Source: Candidatus Aenigmatarchaeota archaeon
Lineage (GTDB): Archaea; Aenigmatarchaeota; Aenigmatarchaeia; CG10238-14; SpSt-28
Direction: 5' to 3'
Length of the DNA: 52,480 bases
Assembly (NCBI GenBank): GCA_038742305.1
Contig: JAVYKI010000005.1
Coordinates: forward strand, 1-52,480
The notes below the pieces were generated by a model that was not told the origin of the DNA, did no database searches, and worked only from the letters and a program-made list of their open reading frames with translations. The first letter of the stretch is position 1, and every line of letters starts with the position of its first letter. A program made the translations under genes and the position numbers. This document shows, piece by piece, positions 36,862 to 46,741 of this stretch.

Positions 36862-37652
36862 GAATGAAACTTTATCATACTTATTAATAGGTCTATCGAT
36901 TTAGAAATTAAGTTGTAAAACTTTTTAGCATCATGTTCAACTTTAATTTCTTTTATTAACTTTGGTTCGTTATTATTGTTTATATGATAAACTCTAAGAA
37001 TACCTATTTCTGCATCAGTTAACCACATATATAAGATAACTTGATTTAAACCTCTTTTTATAGCATTTTCTAAATCGTCTATATATTTTACAGTTTTAAT
37101 TTCAATAACATATTTTATTAATTCTTCTTTTTCTTCTTTTAAAGCTACTAGATCTGGTTTTCCTCTAATTGTTATTGCCCAACCTTTATATCTTAAATCT
37201 TTTTCTCCTTCTATCGAACTCCTTATTATATAACCCTTTTTCTTAAACTCTCTTGCATTCGCTTGTACTATTTCTTCATGTATATAATCTCTTTCAAGAC
37301 TCTCTATAGCACGAGGATTATATGATTTAAAAAATTCATCTAAATTTTCGTAAAATGATAGTTCTGCTAATCCAGATACAGACGATTTTATATATCTATT
37401 TCCCGAATCTATTTTAACTCTTTCACTTCTTAAAAAGCATATTATTTTTAGAAGTTTTACGAAAAACTCTTTTATTTTTAATTCCTTTTCATACTCTTCA
37501 ATTTTAGCTTGAGATTCTTCAACTTCTTTTCTTAATTCTTCAACTTCTTTGTTTAATTTTTCGTTCTGACTTTTCAATTTCTCAATTTCTTCTTGTAAAG
37601 AATATAATTTTTCCTGCAATTCTTTAACAGCTTTGCCTCTAAAAGGTAGCAT
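36843..37652 (-). CDS. Coiled-coil + Cas4-like PD-(D/E)XK nuclease
   Basis: N-terminal coiled coil; YIHE, IRGKPDLV, IEIKT and QVILYM; stop codon lies inside the antisense of tRNA-Met. Confidence 0.78.
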   Translation of the reverse strand: MLPFRGKAVKELQEKLYSLQEEIEKLKSQNEKLNKEVEELRKEVEESQAKIEEYEKELKIKEFFVKLLKIICFLRSERVKIDSGNRYIKSSVSGLAELSFYENLDEFFKSYNPRAIESLERDYIHEEIVQANAREFKKKGYIIRSSIEGEKDLRYKGWAITIRGKPDLVALKEEKEELIKYVIEIKTVKYIDDLENAIKRGLNQVILYMWLTDAEIGILRVYHINNNNEPKLIKEIKVEHDAKKFYNLISKSIDLLISMIKFHSAGGGI

Positions 37653-37659
37653 AAATTAC

Positions 37660-39360
37660 TTATTTGTGAATAAAAATAAAAGTAAAAACATTTTCTACAA
37701 TTTTTTCTAATTTTACAAAACCAAACCTTACAAATTGAACTCTTTCTCCTAAAAATAGATTTTTTATATGACTTTCCCCTAAACCACTTATTATTTCTAA
37801 ACTTTTTGGATTTAGTTCTCCATTTAAAAATAATTTATTGGGCTTTATTACATTAACTTTTACAAAATCATCATGTAAAGATATCCAATGAATTTTAGGA
37901 ATTTCTTTTTTCAATTCTTCTCCTATATATTCTGCAACAATTTCATTTTCTGTTTTTTCTAAAATTTTTATATTATATACATCAATTAGTCTAACTTCAT
38001 CTCCAACTTTTAAATTTTCAAAATCGTTTTTTGAAATAAAAAATTCTCCTTTTGTTAAAATTTCTCTATAGCCTCTATCTTCGAAATCAGGATGATATTT
38101 TATTTTTGCAATTTTTGTTTTAGCATTTAAAACTTTTAATCTAATAGGATTGTCTACAAAAAAATATCTGTTAGCAAGTTTATCTAAATGTTGTCTATTT
38201 ATACTTTCTAGCATTTCAAATTCTAAATTTCCTTCAGCTTTTGAAATTCCGGTTCTATAAAGAAAATCTTTTATTGCTTGAGGTAAAAATCCTCTTCTCT
38301 TCAAGGCATCAATAGTTATTAATCTTATATCGCTCCAATCTTCTAAAACTTTTTTCTCTATAAGCTCTCTAATTTTTCTTCCAGAAGTTAAAAAACCTTT
38401 TATTTCAAACCTAGCAATTTCCATTATTGTAGGATGCTCCTTTATTCCTAAAGCTTCTCTTATCCAATTCTGAAGTTCTGTTCTCATTTCAAATTCTTTA
38501 CTTCTAAACCTATGAGTAATACCTTCCCAATGATCTAGTAAAGCTGTTCCAAAGTCATACAAAGGCCAAACATGATATTTTTCTCCAGTAATAGGATGTT
38601 TATGAAAGCTAATTCTTACTAGTGCTGGATCTCTCATAGCGGCATTTTTATGATTCATGTCAATTTTTGCCCTAACTATTGCATTTAATTCTTTGCTAAG
38701 CATTCTTTCCCAAAGTTTTAAATTTTCTTCAATGCTTTGATTTCTATGCTCACATTCAATTCCTTCTTTTCTATATTTCTTTATTTTTTCTCTTTCGCAA
38801 GTGCAAACATATGCTTTATTTTTAATTATAAGTTTGTAAACGGCATCGTAGTATTCTTCCAAATGCAAAGATAAAACATCTTCTTCTTGCCAATTAAGCT
38901 CTAACCATTTTAAAGCGTTTCTAAAGGCATCGTAATATTCTCTTTTTGCTTTTTCAGGATTGCTATCTTCAAACCTTAAAATAAATTTTCCATTGTACTT
39001 ACTTGCATAGTACCAATTAATAAATGCGGCCTTTGCATGACCTAAATGAGGATATTTGCTTGGCTCTGGAGGAAAAGCTGTAACAACTTTTCCTTTAACA
39101 TTTGGAAGCTCTGGGAATTCATACTCTTTAACTTTTTTAACTATTATTATATTTCTTTCAGCTGCAATTTTTTCAATTTCTTCTTTGCTTAAATTATTAA
39201 TTTTTTCAACAACTTCCCTTATTTTTTCTATTACATCTTTTTTATTTTCAACTTTTATTTGACTAAAAACTTTTTTTGCTACAGCATCAAAAGAAGCTTT
39301 TCCATATTTTAAAGCATTTTCGATGGCAGCATCTTCAATAATTTTGTTTATATCTTCCAT
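37660..39360 (-). CDS. gltX: Glutamate--tRNA ligase
   Basis: FPPEPSKYPHLGH, LRFEDSNP, AYVCTC, WPLYDF, QFVRFGF. Confidence 0.96.
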   Translation of the reverse strand: MEDINKIIEDAAIENALKYGKASFDAVAKKVFSQIKVENKKDVIEKIREVVEKINNLSKEEIEKIAAERNIIIVKKVKEYEFPELPNVKGKVVTAFPPEPSKYPHLGHAKAAFINWYYASKYNGKFILRFEDSNPEKAKREYYDAFRNALKWLELNWQEEDVLSLHLEEYYDAVYKLIIKNKAYVCTCEREKIKKYRKEGIECEHRNQSIEENLKLWERMLSKELNAIVRAKIDMNHKNAAMRDPALVRISFHKHPITGEKYHVWPLYDFGTALLDHWEGITHRFRSKEFEMRTELQNWIREALGIKEHPTIMEIARFEIKGFLTSGRKIRELIEKKVLEDWSDIRLITIDALKRRGFLPQAIKDFLYRTGISKAEGNLEFEMLESINRQHLDKLANRYFFVDNPIRLKVLNAKTKIAKIKYHPDFEDRGYREILTKGEFFISKNDFENLKVGDEVRLIDVYNIKILEKTENEIVAEYIGEELKKEIPKIHWISLHDDFVKVNVIKPNKLFLNGELNPKSLEIISGLGESHIKNLFLGERVQFVRFGFVKLEKIVENVFTFIFIHK

Positions 39361-39396
39361 AGTAAAGTATTTAAAGATTAATTTTATAAAAAATTA

Positions 39397-40377
39397 ATGA
39401 AATTTAAAATAACTGCAGAAAGAATAGCTATTTTTCTTCTAGCTTCTTTAGTAGTTGTTTTGCTTGTAGATAAATATACTGGCTTGTTTGCTTTTGGAAT
39501 AGATAAAAATGTCCTAGGACAAAAAGTTATAGATTACATTAATACATATTTAGTTGAGCCAGGAACAAAAGCAAGCTTAATATATGTTACAGATAAAGGA
39601 AGTTTTTATGATGTTTTAATAGAATATCAAAATAATAGAATACCGGTTTATGTTTCTAAAGATGGAAAGTATTTATTCTTAAATGTTTTCGAATTAACTC
39701 AAGCTCCTATTAATCAACAAACTCAAGTTTCAATAGAAAGTTTAAAGCTTCCAGAGCTGGATAGTCAAGATCCAACTATTGGAAATGGTAGCAGAATATT
39801 AATTTTTGAATATACAGATTATCAATGTCCTTTCTGTGCAAGGCATTCTATAAACACTTTTCCGAAAATATTATCGAATTATTTAGAAAAAGGATATGCA
39901 ACATATATATTTAAAGATTTTCCATTATCTTTCCATCCTTATGCTATGCCTGCCGCAAAGTATGCAAACTGTGTCTATAAGAACTATGGAAAAGAAAAAT
40001 ATTTAGAATTTAAAGATTGGATTTTTGAAAATCAAGATCAATGGTCAAATAGCAATTATAAAGAAGTTTTTGAAAATAAGATAGCAGAATTGGGAATGGA
40101 TAAAAATGTTATTTCAAGTTGCGTAAACGATAGCAAAATAGAAGAAGAAATAAATAATGATTTACAAGAAGTCAATTACTATGGGCTTGGAGGTACACCT
40201 TCTTTTGTAATAGCATTAAGTAAAGAATATGTAAATGAAAGCGAAATTAATGAAATTAGAAATACTTTAGGAGGATATTTAGATAAAATTGGAGAAACAG
40301 AAAATTATTGGTTAGTAATATTTTCTGGAGCATTGCCCTTTGAAGTTTTCGATTCTATTTTATCTAAAGCTCTTTAA
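39397..40377 (+). CDS. Membrane-anchored DsbA/thioredoxin-fold oxidoreductase
   Basis: EYTDYQCPFC, KDFPLSFH, GTPSF, GALP. Confidence 0.9.
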   Translation: MKFKITAERIAIFLLASLVVVLLVDKYTGLFAFGIDKNVLGQKVIDYINTYLVEPGTKASLIYVTDKGSFYDVLIEYQNNRIPVYVSKDGKYLFLNVFELTQAPINQQTQVSIESLKLPELDSQDPTIGNGSRILIFEYTDYQCPFCARHSINTFPKILSNYLEKGYATYIFKDFPLSFHPYAMPAAKYANCVYKNYGKEKYLEFKDWIFENQDQWSNSNYKEVFENKIAELGMDKNVISSCVNDSKIEEEINNDLQEVNYYGLGGTPSFVIALSKEYVNESEINEIRNTLGGYLDKIGETENYWLVIFSGALPFEVFDSILSKAL

Positions 40378-40399
40378 TTTTTAAAACTTAATTATTTAT

Positions 40400-41047
40400 A
40401 TGGTTACGCTTAGAAGTGGAGCTGTAATAGTTGGTGCATATGCAACAAAAATAAGAAAAACTCTTTTTGCTCAGCTAAGAGATAAGGTAAAATCTAAAGA
40501 AATAAGTAGTCAAGAAGTTGCTAGAGCTGCAGGGGAAGTTAATAAAGCTTTATACGTTCTTTTTGTAGAAAAACTAAGGCTAGATAAGGGAGATGTAGTA
40601 AGAATAACAATAGATTATGAAATAATAGATAATCAAATAAGGTGGCAATGGGAAACTTTAAAAGTAGAAGCTTATAGAAAAGTTCCAGAAGATGAAATAA
40701 ATAGATATTTGAAAGAAGTTCTTGAAGGATTAGAAAAAATTGCTACTATAGAAGCTAAAGATTATAGTTTTAAGAAGTTAAGAGAAACAAAACTTGGGGA
40801 TGTAATTTACGAAGTTTATAAAGATAAGAAAAAAGTTGGAATAATGATAGCAACTATACTAGAAGATGAAGTAGTTGTAAGAGGGGCAATTAAAGAGCCT
40901 CCAGTTTTAATTTCTAAAGTAAGAGTAAAATTAGAAGAAAATATTGATAATACAGTAACCAAGAATTTCGAAAATATAATTAAAAGAGCAGTTCCAAGCA
41001 ACGAAGAAGAAGTAGAAAAAACAATAGAAGAAATTTCCTCCCTTTAA
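40400..41047 (+). CDS. DUF2258 / ThermoDBP-related ssDNA-binding protein
   Basis: SGAVIVGAYATKIRKTLFAQ...DKGDVVRITIDY...W. Confidence 0.8.
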   Translation: MVTLRSGAVIVGAYATKIRKTLFAQLRDKVKSKEISSQEVARAAGEVNKALYVLFVEKLRLDKGDVVRITIDYEIIDNQIRWQWETLKVEAYRKVPEDEINRYLKEVLEGLEKIATIEAKDYSFKKLRETKLGDVIYEVYKDKKKVGIMIATILEDEVVVRGAIKEPPVLISKVRVKLEENIDNTVTKNFENIIKRAVPSNEEEVEKTIEEISSL

Positions 41048-41622
41048 TGCTTTATTTTTTGCAAAAAATTCAAGAAATTATTATTAAAAATTTAAAAATT
41101 GAGCATTTAGATTTTTCTAAAGTTGAAAAAGTTGGATTTTTTGATTGCGCTTTTGCTAAAAATAAAGTAATTTGTGCATGCGTTATTTATAACTGGAAAA
41201 AGAGAGAAACAGAAAATGAAATAGTTAAAAAAGATAAAGTTTATTTTCCTTATATACCAACTTATTTATTTATAAGAGAAGGACCAATAATTTTAGAAAT
41301 TCTAAAAGAAGTTGAATTAGATTTAATTGTAATAGATGGGCAAGGACTTGCTCATCCTAGAAAAGCTGGAATTGCAACTGTTGTAGGAATTTTAGCAGAT
41401 AAGCCAAGCATTGGAATAGCTAAAAGTTATTTATTTGGAACAATAATCAATAATGAAATTTTTGTTGAAAATCAAAAAGTTGGTTTAAAGTTTAATAATT
41501 ACTATATTAGTATTGGTAATAAGGTAGATTTAGAAAACTTAAAAGAATTCTTAGAATATTTTAATTATGAATATCCTTGGCCGATGGAAAAGGCTGATAA
41601 ATTGAGTAAAGCATGGAAATAA
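41047..41622 (+). CDS. nfi: Endonuclease V
   Basis: FPYIPTYLFIRE, IDGQGLAHPRKAGIA, SIGIAK. Confidence 0.92.
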   Translation: MLYFLQKIQEIIIKNLKIEHLDFSKVEKVGFFDCAFAKNKVICACVIYNWKKRETENEIVKKDKVYFPYIPTYLFIREGPIILEILKEVELDLIVIDGQGLAHPRKAGIATVVGILADKPSIGIAKSYLFGTIINNEIFVENQKVGLKFNNYYISIGNKVDLENLKEFLEYFNYEYPWPMEKADKLSKAWK

Positions 41623-43043
41623 AAATTTACAATACTTTAACAAGGAAAATTGAAATATTTAAGCCTCAAAGCGAAATTATTAAGATATATGTTTGCGGTC
41701 CAACAGTTTATTCTCATACTCATATTGGTCATGCAAGAACTTTTTTTGTTTTTGATGTTTTTATAAGATTTTTAGAATATTTAGGCTATAAAGTAAAATA
41801 CGCAAGAAATATAACCGATGTTGGTCATTTAAGTGGAGAATTGTTAGAAGGAGAAGATAAAATTGTTCTGGAAGCTAGAAAAGAAAAAGTTAGTCCTTTT
41901 GAAATTGTTGATAAATATATGTTTGAGTTTTTTGAATGCATGGATAAATTAAACATGAGAAGGCCTAACATTCAGCCAAGACCTTCTCAATTAATTCCAG
42001 AAATACTTGAAGCTGTAGATAAATTAATAGAAAAAGGTTATGCGTATGTAACTGAAAACGGTATATATTATGATGTTTCGAAGTTTGAAAATTATGGAAA
42101 GCTTAGCGGAATAAAAAAAGAAGAATTAATAAAGCACAGAATAGAGCCAGACCCAACAAAAAGAAATCCTGCAGATTTTGCTTTATGGAAATTTGTAAAA
42201 GACGAAAATTATCCATTGCAATGGAATTCTAAATATGGAAAAGGATTTCCCGGATGGCATATAGAATGTAGCATAATGAATTTAAAGTTTTTGGGAGAAA
42301 CTGTAGATGTACATGGAGGAGGAATAGATTTAATTTTTCCTCATCATGAAAATGAAATTGCTCAATCAGAAGCATTAACTGGAAAAAATTTTGTAAATTA
42401 TTGGATGCATGTTAACTTTTTAACTATTAACGGAGAAAAAATGAGCAAAAGCAAAGGAAACTTTTTAATACTTAAAAATGTTTTAGAAGAAATTGGAAAT
42501 CCAGAAATTTTAAGAGTTTTCTTTTTAACAGCTCATTATAGAAGTACAATTGATTATAATGAAAAAGCATTAAATGATGCAAAAGAAATTTTGGAAAAGT
42601 TTTACAGAACTTTAGATTATTTAAAGTTTTCAATTAATTTTTCAAAGGGAAATGAAAGTATTACTAATGAAGTTTTAAAATTAAAGAATGAAGTTTTAGA
42701 AGCTCTAGCTAATGACTTAAATTTTCCTCAAGCTTTAAGTAAATATATAGAAATGAGCAATTTAATTCTTTCGAAATTTGAATCAATTTCTTCACAATGC
42801 GCTAAAGAAGCTTATCAAATATTTTATGAAATTGGAAATAAAATATTTGGATTATTTTATTACTATAAGCCTAGAATTGATGAAAAGTTAGAGCAATTAA
42901 TAAATGATATATTGAAAATTAGAGAAGAATTGAGAAAAAGGGGAATTTATGATTTGAGCGATGAAATAAGAGTAAAGCTTAATAATTTTGGAATAGAAGT
43001 ATTTGATACTAAAGAAGGGCCAAAATGGAGAATTAAATTATGA
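41613..43043 (+). CDS. cysS: Cysteine--tRNA ligase
   Basis: YVCGPTVY, HIGH, PGWHIECS, FPHHENE, KMSKS. Confidence 0.97.
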   Translation: MEIKIYNTLTRKIEIFKPQSEIIKIYVCGPTVYSHTHIGHARTFFVFDVFIRFLEYLGYKVKYARNITDVGHLSGELLEGEDKIVLEARKEKVSPFEIVDKYMFEFFECMDKLNMRRPNIQPRPSQLIPEILEAVDKLIEKGYAYVTENGIYYDVSKFENYGKLSGIKKEELIKHRIEPDPTKRNPADFALWKFVKDENYPLQWNSKYGKGFPGWHIECSIMNLKFLGETVDVHGGGIDLIFPHHENEIAQSEALTGKNFVNYWMHVNFLTINGEKMSKSKGNFLILKNVLEEIGNPEILRVFFLTAHYRSTIDYNEKALNDAKEILEKFYRTLDYLKFSINFSKGNESITNEVLKLKNEVLEALANDLNFPQALSKYIEMSNLILSKFESISSQCAKEAYQIFYEIGNKIFGLFYYYKPRIDEKLEQLINDILKIREELRKRGIYDLSDEIRVKLNNFGIEVFDTKEGPKWRIKL

Positions 43044-43531
43044 TAGAGGAAGTAATATTGCCGAATAAAATATTGCAAAAAATTAGAAAAGAAACTATTG
43101 AAAGAATTTCGAAAAGTTTAGATGTTAAAATAGAGAAATTTAAAAGTGGATTAAAAATTTCTGGAGAGCCTTATAATTTGTTTAAAGTTAGAAAAGTTAT
43201 TTTTGCAATTCTTAAAAACTTTGATGAAGATTCTGCCTGCTTATTAATGGATGACGACTATATATTAGAAATAGTTAATATAAGAGATTTTACTAAAAGC
43301 AGAAATAGAATGAGAGAATTAAAAGGTAGAGTAATTGGAGAAAAAGGAAAAGCTAAAAAAAGGATTGAAGAATTAACAAATACAAAAATAACTATTTGTG
43401 GAAAAACTATTAATATTTTAGGAAAATATGATAATGTTTTTGTTGCTAAAAAAGCTGTTGAAATGTTGTTAGAAGGAAGAAAGCATTCTACAGTTTTTAA
43501 ATTTTTAGAAGAAGCTTCTTTAAATGTTTAA
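43040..43531 (+). CDS. KH-domain rRNA processing protein (Dim2/Pno1/Krr1-like)
   Basis: KGRVIGEKGK...IEELT...MLLEGRKHSTV. Confidence 0.88.
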   Translation: MIEEVILPNKILQKIRKETIERISKSLDVKIEKFKSGLKISGEPYNLFKVRKVIFAILKNFDEDSACLLMDDDYILEIVNIRDFTKSRNRMRELKGRVIGEKGKAKKRIEELTNTKITICGKTINILGKYDNVFVAKKAVEMLLEGRKHSTVFKFLEEASLNV

Positions 43532-44301
43532 GAAAACATTTTTTTAACTTTTTCATAAGCTTTCAAATCATTAATTGGTATCCAAATTTCTGAAGGAACT
43601 ATTAAGCTATACAGTTTATTTTGAGATGCCAGTAAAGGTAATATAACTTCTTCAAACTCTATTGCTTTTGGAGAGTTTAGGTCTATATATTTATCTATAT
43701 AATCTAAAACTTCTGGCTCAAAAATATAAAGGCCTATGCTAGTTAAAGTATTGACCAATGGCTTTTCTATAAAAGATATTATTCTTCCCTTTTCATCTAA
43801 CTTTGCAACTCCAAAAGGAAATTCTATTCCATTAGAAAGAGTTATTGTTCCTAATATATCTTCTCTTTCTCTTATGCTTAAATGCTGAGAAAGTAATTTT
43901 ATTGGTAAAGTGCTATCCAATTTTAGATCATCTGGAAAACTTATTATAAATCTTTCTCTTTTTATTTTCCCTTCTCTATATGCATATTTTAGAGCTTTTC
44001 CTTTTCCCCAATTTTGAGTAGTAGGATCAATGCTTATTTCTAAGTTTAAATAATTTTTATAACCTTTCTTTTCTATATGCTCTAGTATTTGTTCATGCTT
44101 ATATCCTAACAATAAAACGAAATTTTTAAAACCACAATTAGCAAAAAACTCTATTTCATTATCTAGTAAAGTTTTATTGCCTATTTCTAAAAGTGCTTTT
44201 GGTTTTTCTATATTTCCCATTCTTTTTGCACTCCCTCCTGCAAGAATTACTACTTGAGTTTTTTCAATTTCTTTTTTCAATTTCTCAAGAATAATGCTCA
44301 T
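43528..44301 (-). CDS. NDP-sugar pyrophosphorylase family nucleotidyltransferase
   Basis: ILAGGSAKRM, KPKAL, FIEKP, GLYIF. Confidence 0.88.
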   Translation of the reverse strand: MSIILEKLKKEIEKTQVVILAGGSAKRMGNIEKPKALLEIGNKTLLDNEIEFFANCGFKNFVLLLGYKHEQILEHIEKKGYKNYLNLEISIDPTTQNWGKGKALKYAYREGKIKRERFIISFPDDLKLDSTLPIKLLSQHLSIREREDILGTITLSNGIEFPFGVAKLDEKGRIISFIEKPLVNTLTSIGLYIFEPEVLDYIDKYIDLNSPKAIEFEEVILPLLASQNKLYSLIVPSEIWIPINDLKAYEKVKKMFS

Positions 44302-44326
44302 AATAAATATAGCATTAAATATTAGA

Positions 44327-44397
44327 TGCGCCGGCCGGGATTCGAACCCGGGCCATCGGCTTGGGAAGCCGATGTCCTGCCTCTAGACTACCGGCGC
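44327..44397 (-). tRNA. tRNA-Gly(CCC)
   Basis: GCGCCGG...TCGGC TT CCC AA GCCGA TGGC CCGGG TTCGAAT CCCGG CCGGCGC A. Confidence 0.96.
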
Positions 44398-44430
44398 TTT
44401 CATAATTTTTTGAATTAATTTTGATTATAA

Positions 44431-44502
44431 GGGCCGGTAGCTCAGAGGAAGAGCGCCTGCTTCGCAAGCAGGAGGCCGCGGGTTCAAATCCCGCCCGGTC
44501 CA
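44431..44502 (+). tRNA. tRNA-Ala(CGC)
   Basis: GGGCCGG...CCTGC TT CGC AA GCAGG...CCGGTCC A; G3:U70 identity pair. Confidence 0.96.
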
Positions 44503-44619
44503 AAAAGAAACTTTCTCAAAAAGTTAAAGTAAAAATAAGAAAAATTATAAGCTGTTGGATTCTAGATTTTTTTCACTTGTAATTTGAGAATATAAATTTA
44601 TTTATAAATTTTTTATTTT

Positions 44620-45174
44620 ATGGTGTTAGATACAGTAGTATTAGTATTAGACACAATTACAAAATTTATAGGTCTAATATTTGCATTAGTAATTTATTTG
44701 AAATTGAAAGAACGTCTAGTAGAAGCGGTAATTCAAAAAAGATTTGCATCTCCGACTATAATAAGCATGATAGATATAGCTATAGTATTGTTAATGCTTT
44801 CTCTAATTTTCAATATAGTACCAACAATTTTAGACCTTGCTAGAATTTCCTTTATAGAAAGCAAAATAATAAAAGATTTAGGTAATATAATTACTTCTAT
44901 TTTTGTTTATTACTTAATTTTCCTAGTAGTAATGGCAACAGTAGAAATTATTCCTTCTATTACTAATTTAAATCTACCTTTTATTAAAGAATTAAATATA
45001 TTCTTTATTGTATTAGTTTTATTCGCAGGATTTCTTATTTTTGTAAGATTTTTAATATCAAGTTCAGGTATAGAGTATATTTCTAAATTCAGTTATATAT
45101 TTATCTTTTCGTTTTCTCTAATCTTATATCCATTTTTACTTAGTTTAATAAAACAATTTGCTGAAAATTATTAA
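44620..45174 (+). CDS. Hypothetical polytopic membrane protein
   Basis: About 5 TM segments; no family recognised. Confidence 0.65.
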   Translation: MVLDTVVLVLDTITKFIGLIFALVIYLKLKERLVEAVIQKRFASPTIISMIDIAIVLLMLSLIFNIVPTILDLARISFIESKIIKDLGNIITSIFVYYLIFLVVMATVEIIPSITNLNLPFIKELNIFFIVLVLFAGFLIFVRFLISSSGIEYISKFSYIFIFSFSLILYPFLLSLIKQFAENY

Positions 45175-45219
45175 AACTTAATCTCGAACATTTTAAATAT
45201 AGGACAAAAAGAGTTTATA

Positions 45220-45420
45220 ATGAATATTATACTTATTATTTTTTCAATTTCATATTTGGTTGGTATGATAAATATCTTAGGATCAACATTTCCTGAAAGT
45301 AATCTTGAAAATATTTCCTCTTTCTTAAATTCAACCTCTTCAGCTTTAGGAAATATTATATGGTATACTTTTATATTTTCCTTGACTCTAGCAGCTTTAT
45401 ATTTCATTCAAAAAAGATAA
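45220..45420 (+). CDS. Small hypothetical membrane protein
   Basis: Two hydrophobic segments; preferred over the antisense ORF. Confidence 0.45.
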   Translation: MNIILIIFSISYLVGMINILGSTFPESNLENISSFLNSTSSALGNIIWYTFIFSLTLAALYFIQKR

Positions 45421-45429
45421 ATAAAAAAG

Positions 45430-45714
45430 TTAAATTTTAGAAATTTTTCCAAACCTTCCTATTGAAAGCTGAAGTTTACCTTTAAATTGAGTTACAAAGC
45501 CATTAGTTATTTGAACTTTATCTCCGACATCAAAAGCATCTATATCATCTTCCCATAAAACTAAAGTAATTTTTCCACTTTCATCTTCAATTTCAAAATT
45601 GCAAACTCTTCTTTTTCCAAATTTAGTTTCTACAACTTTTTCACTATCTTTTTTAACTATTTTTGCAATTAAATTAACATTCCTTTGCCCTTCTTTTAGC
45701 TCAGAAATTTTCAT
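45430..45714 (-). CDS. ssb: Single OB-fold ssDNA-binding protein (SSB/RPA-like)
   Basis: KISELK, IEDESGKITLVLW, NGFV...LQLSIGRFGKI. Confidence 0.88.
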   Translation of the reverse strand: MKISELKEGQRNVNLIAKIVKKDSEKVVETKFGKRRVCNFEIEDESGKITLVLWEDDIDAFDVGDKVQITNGFVTQFKGKLQLSIGRFGKISKI

Positions 45715-45908
45715 ACCTTTTCGGCAATTGCAAACCTGTTTTTCAAGCTTACTATTTTTATTCTTACTTTTTCTCCTTTTTTTGCATTCTTTACAAAAAC
45801 TACAAAGTTATTTATTCTTGCTACTCCATCTCCTTTACTTCCAACTTCAGTTATTTCTACATCGTATTCCTCTCCTATTTTTACAGGTTTCGGTATTTTA
45901 CGTTCCAT
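45711..45908 (-). CDS. Stand-alone TRAM-domain RNA chaperone
   Basis: PVKIGEEYDVEI...GDGVARINNFVVFV. Confidence 0.92.
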   Translation of the reverse strand: MERKIPKPVKIGEEYDVEITEVGSKGDGVARINNFVVFVKNAKKGEKVRIKIVSLKNRFAIAEKV

Positions 45909-46087
45909 CTATAAAAGTTTATGGGTTTTAAAGTATAAATAGAGAAAGTTTAAATTAGACTATTGAAAGTTTTTTACTTGACAAATTTTAATTAAATTCT
46001 TTTATTTCTATTTCAATAAAAAACAATTTCGGAAGAAATAAAAATGCAAATGTAATTTGTTTATCTACAGTTTTTAGTAAATACTTT

Positions 46088-46741
46088 ATGGAGGAAGAAA
46101 ATTATATACTAAGAACAGTCGAGGGATATAATAAACTAGCTTCTTTATATTTTAAATATTGTCACTCTCATACTTCTCAAGAAATAAAGAATCTTAAAAA
46201 ATTTTATGATTATTTATTTGAGAAAAAAATAGTTATTGATATAGGCTGTGGAACAGGAAAAGATGGTAAATTTTTAAAAGATAATTATGGTGTTGAAACT
46301 ATTGGGATAGATTTATCTGAAGAAATGTTAAAAATAAGTAAAAAGTATCTACCACATATAATTAAAGCTGATATGCGTTATTTGCCGCTTAGAAGCTGTA
46401 TAGCTGATGGAATTATTTCTAATTCTTCTTTAGTTCATTTGAAAAAAGAGGATAAAATTAAAACTTGTAAAGAAGTATATAGAGTATTAAAAAAGTATGG
46501 TATTTTCTATGTTGTTATCCAAAATAAATATAATATAAGATATTTTTTAAGACAGTTAAAGTTTATAATAAAAAATCGAAAATTAATATTAGGTTATAGC
46601 GATTATGATTATAGAAACTGGTATTATGAGAGTTATTGGTCTTTTAAAGAAATCTTATCTTATTTGCATTTCAGAATTTTATCTTCAACAAAAAATCCTT
46701 TTGCTAGGTTTTTAATTTTTTATTCTATTAAAGAAATATGA
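46088..46741 (+). CDS. Class I SAM-dependent methyltransferase
   Basis: VIDIGCGTG, GIDLSEEML, ADMRYLP, SLVHL, RVLK. Confidence 0.88.
   Translation: MEEENYILRTVEGYNKLASLYFKYCHSHTSQEIKNLKKFYDYLFEKKIVIDIGCGTGKDGKFLKDNYGVETIGIDLSEEMLKISKKYLPHIIKADMRYLPLRSCIADGIISNSSLVHLKKEDKIKTCKEVYRVLKKYGIFYVVIQNKYNIRYFLRQLKFIIKNRKLILGYSDYDYRNWYYESYWSFKEILSYLHFRILSSTKNPFARFLIFYSIKEI

Noticed and set aside
44315-44503. 62-aa ORF MDRAGFEPAAS...
   Set aside because: Spurious translation across tRNA-Ala (antisense) and tRNA-Gly
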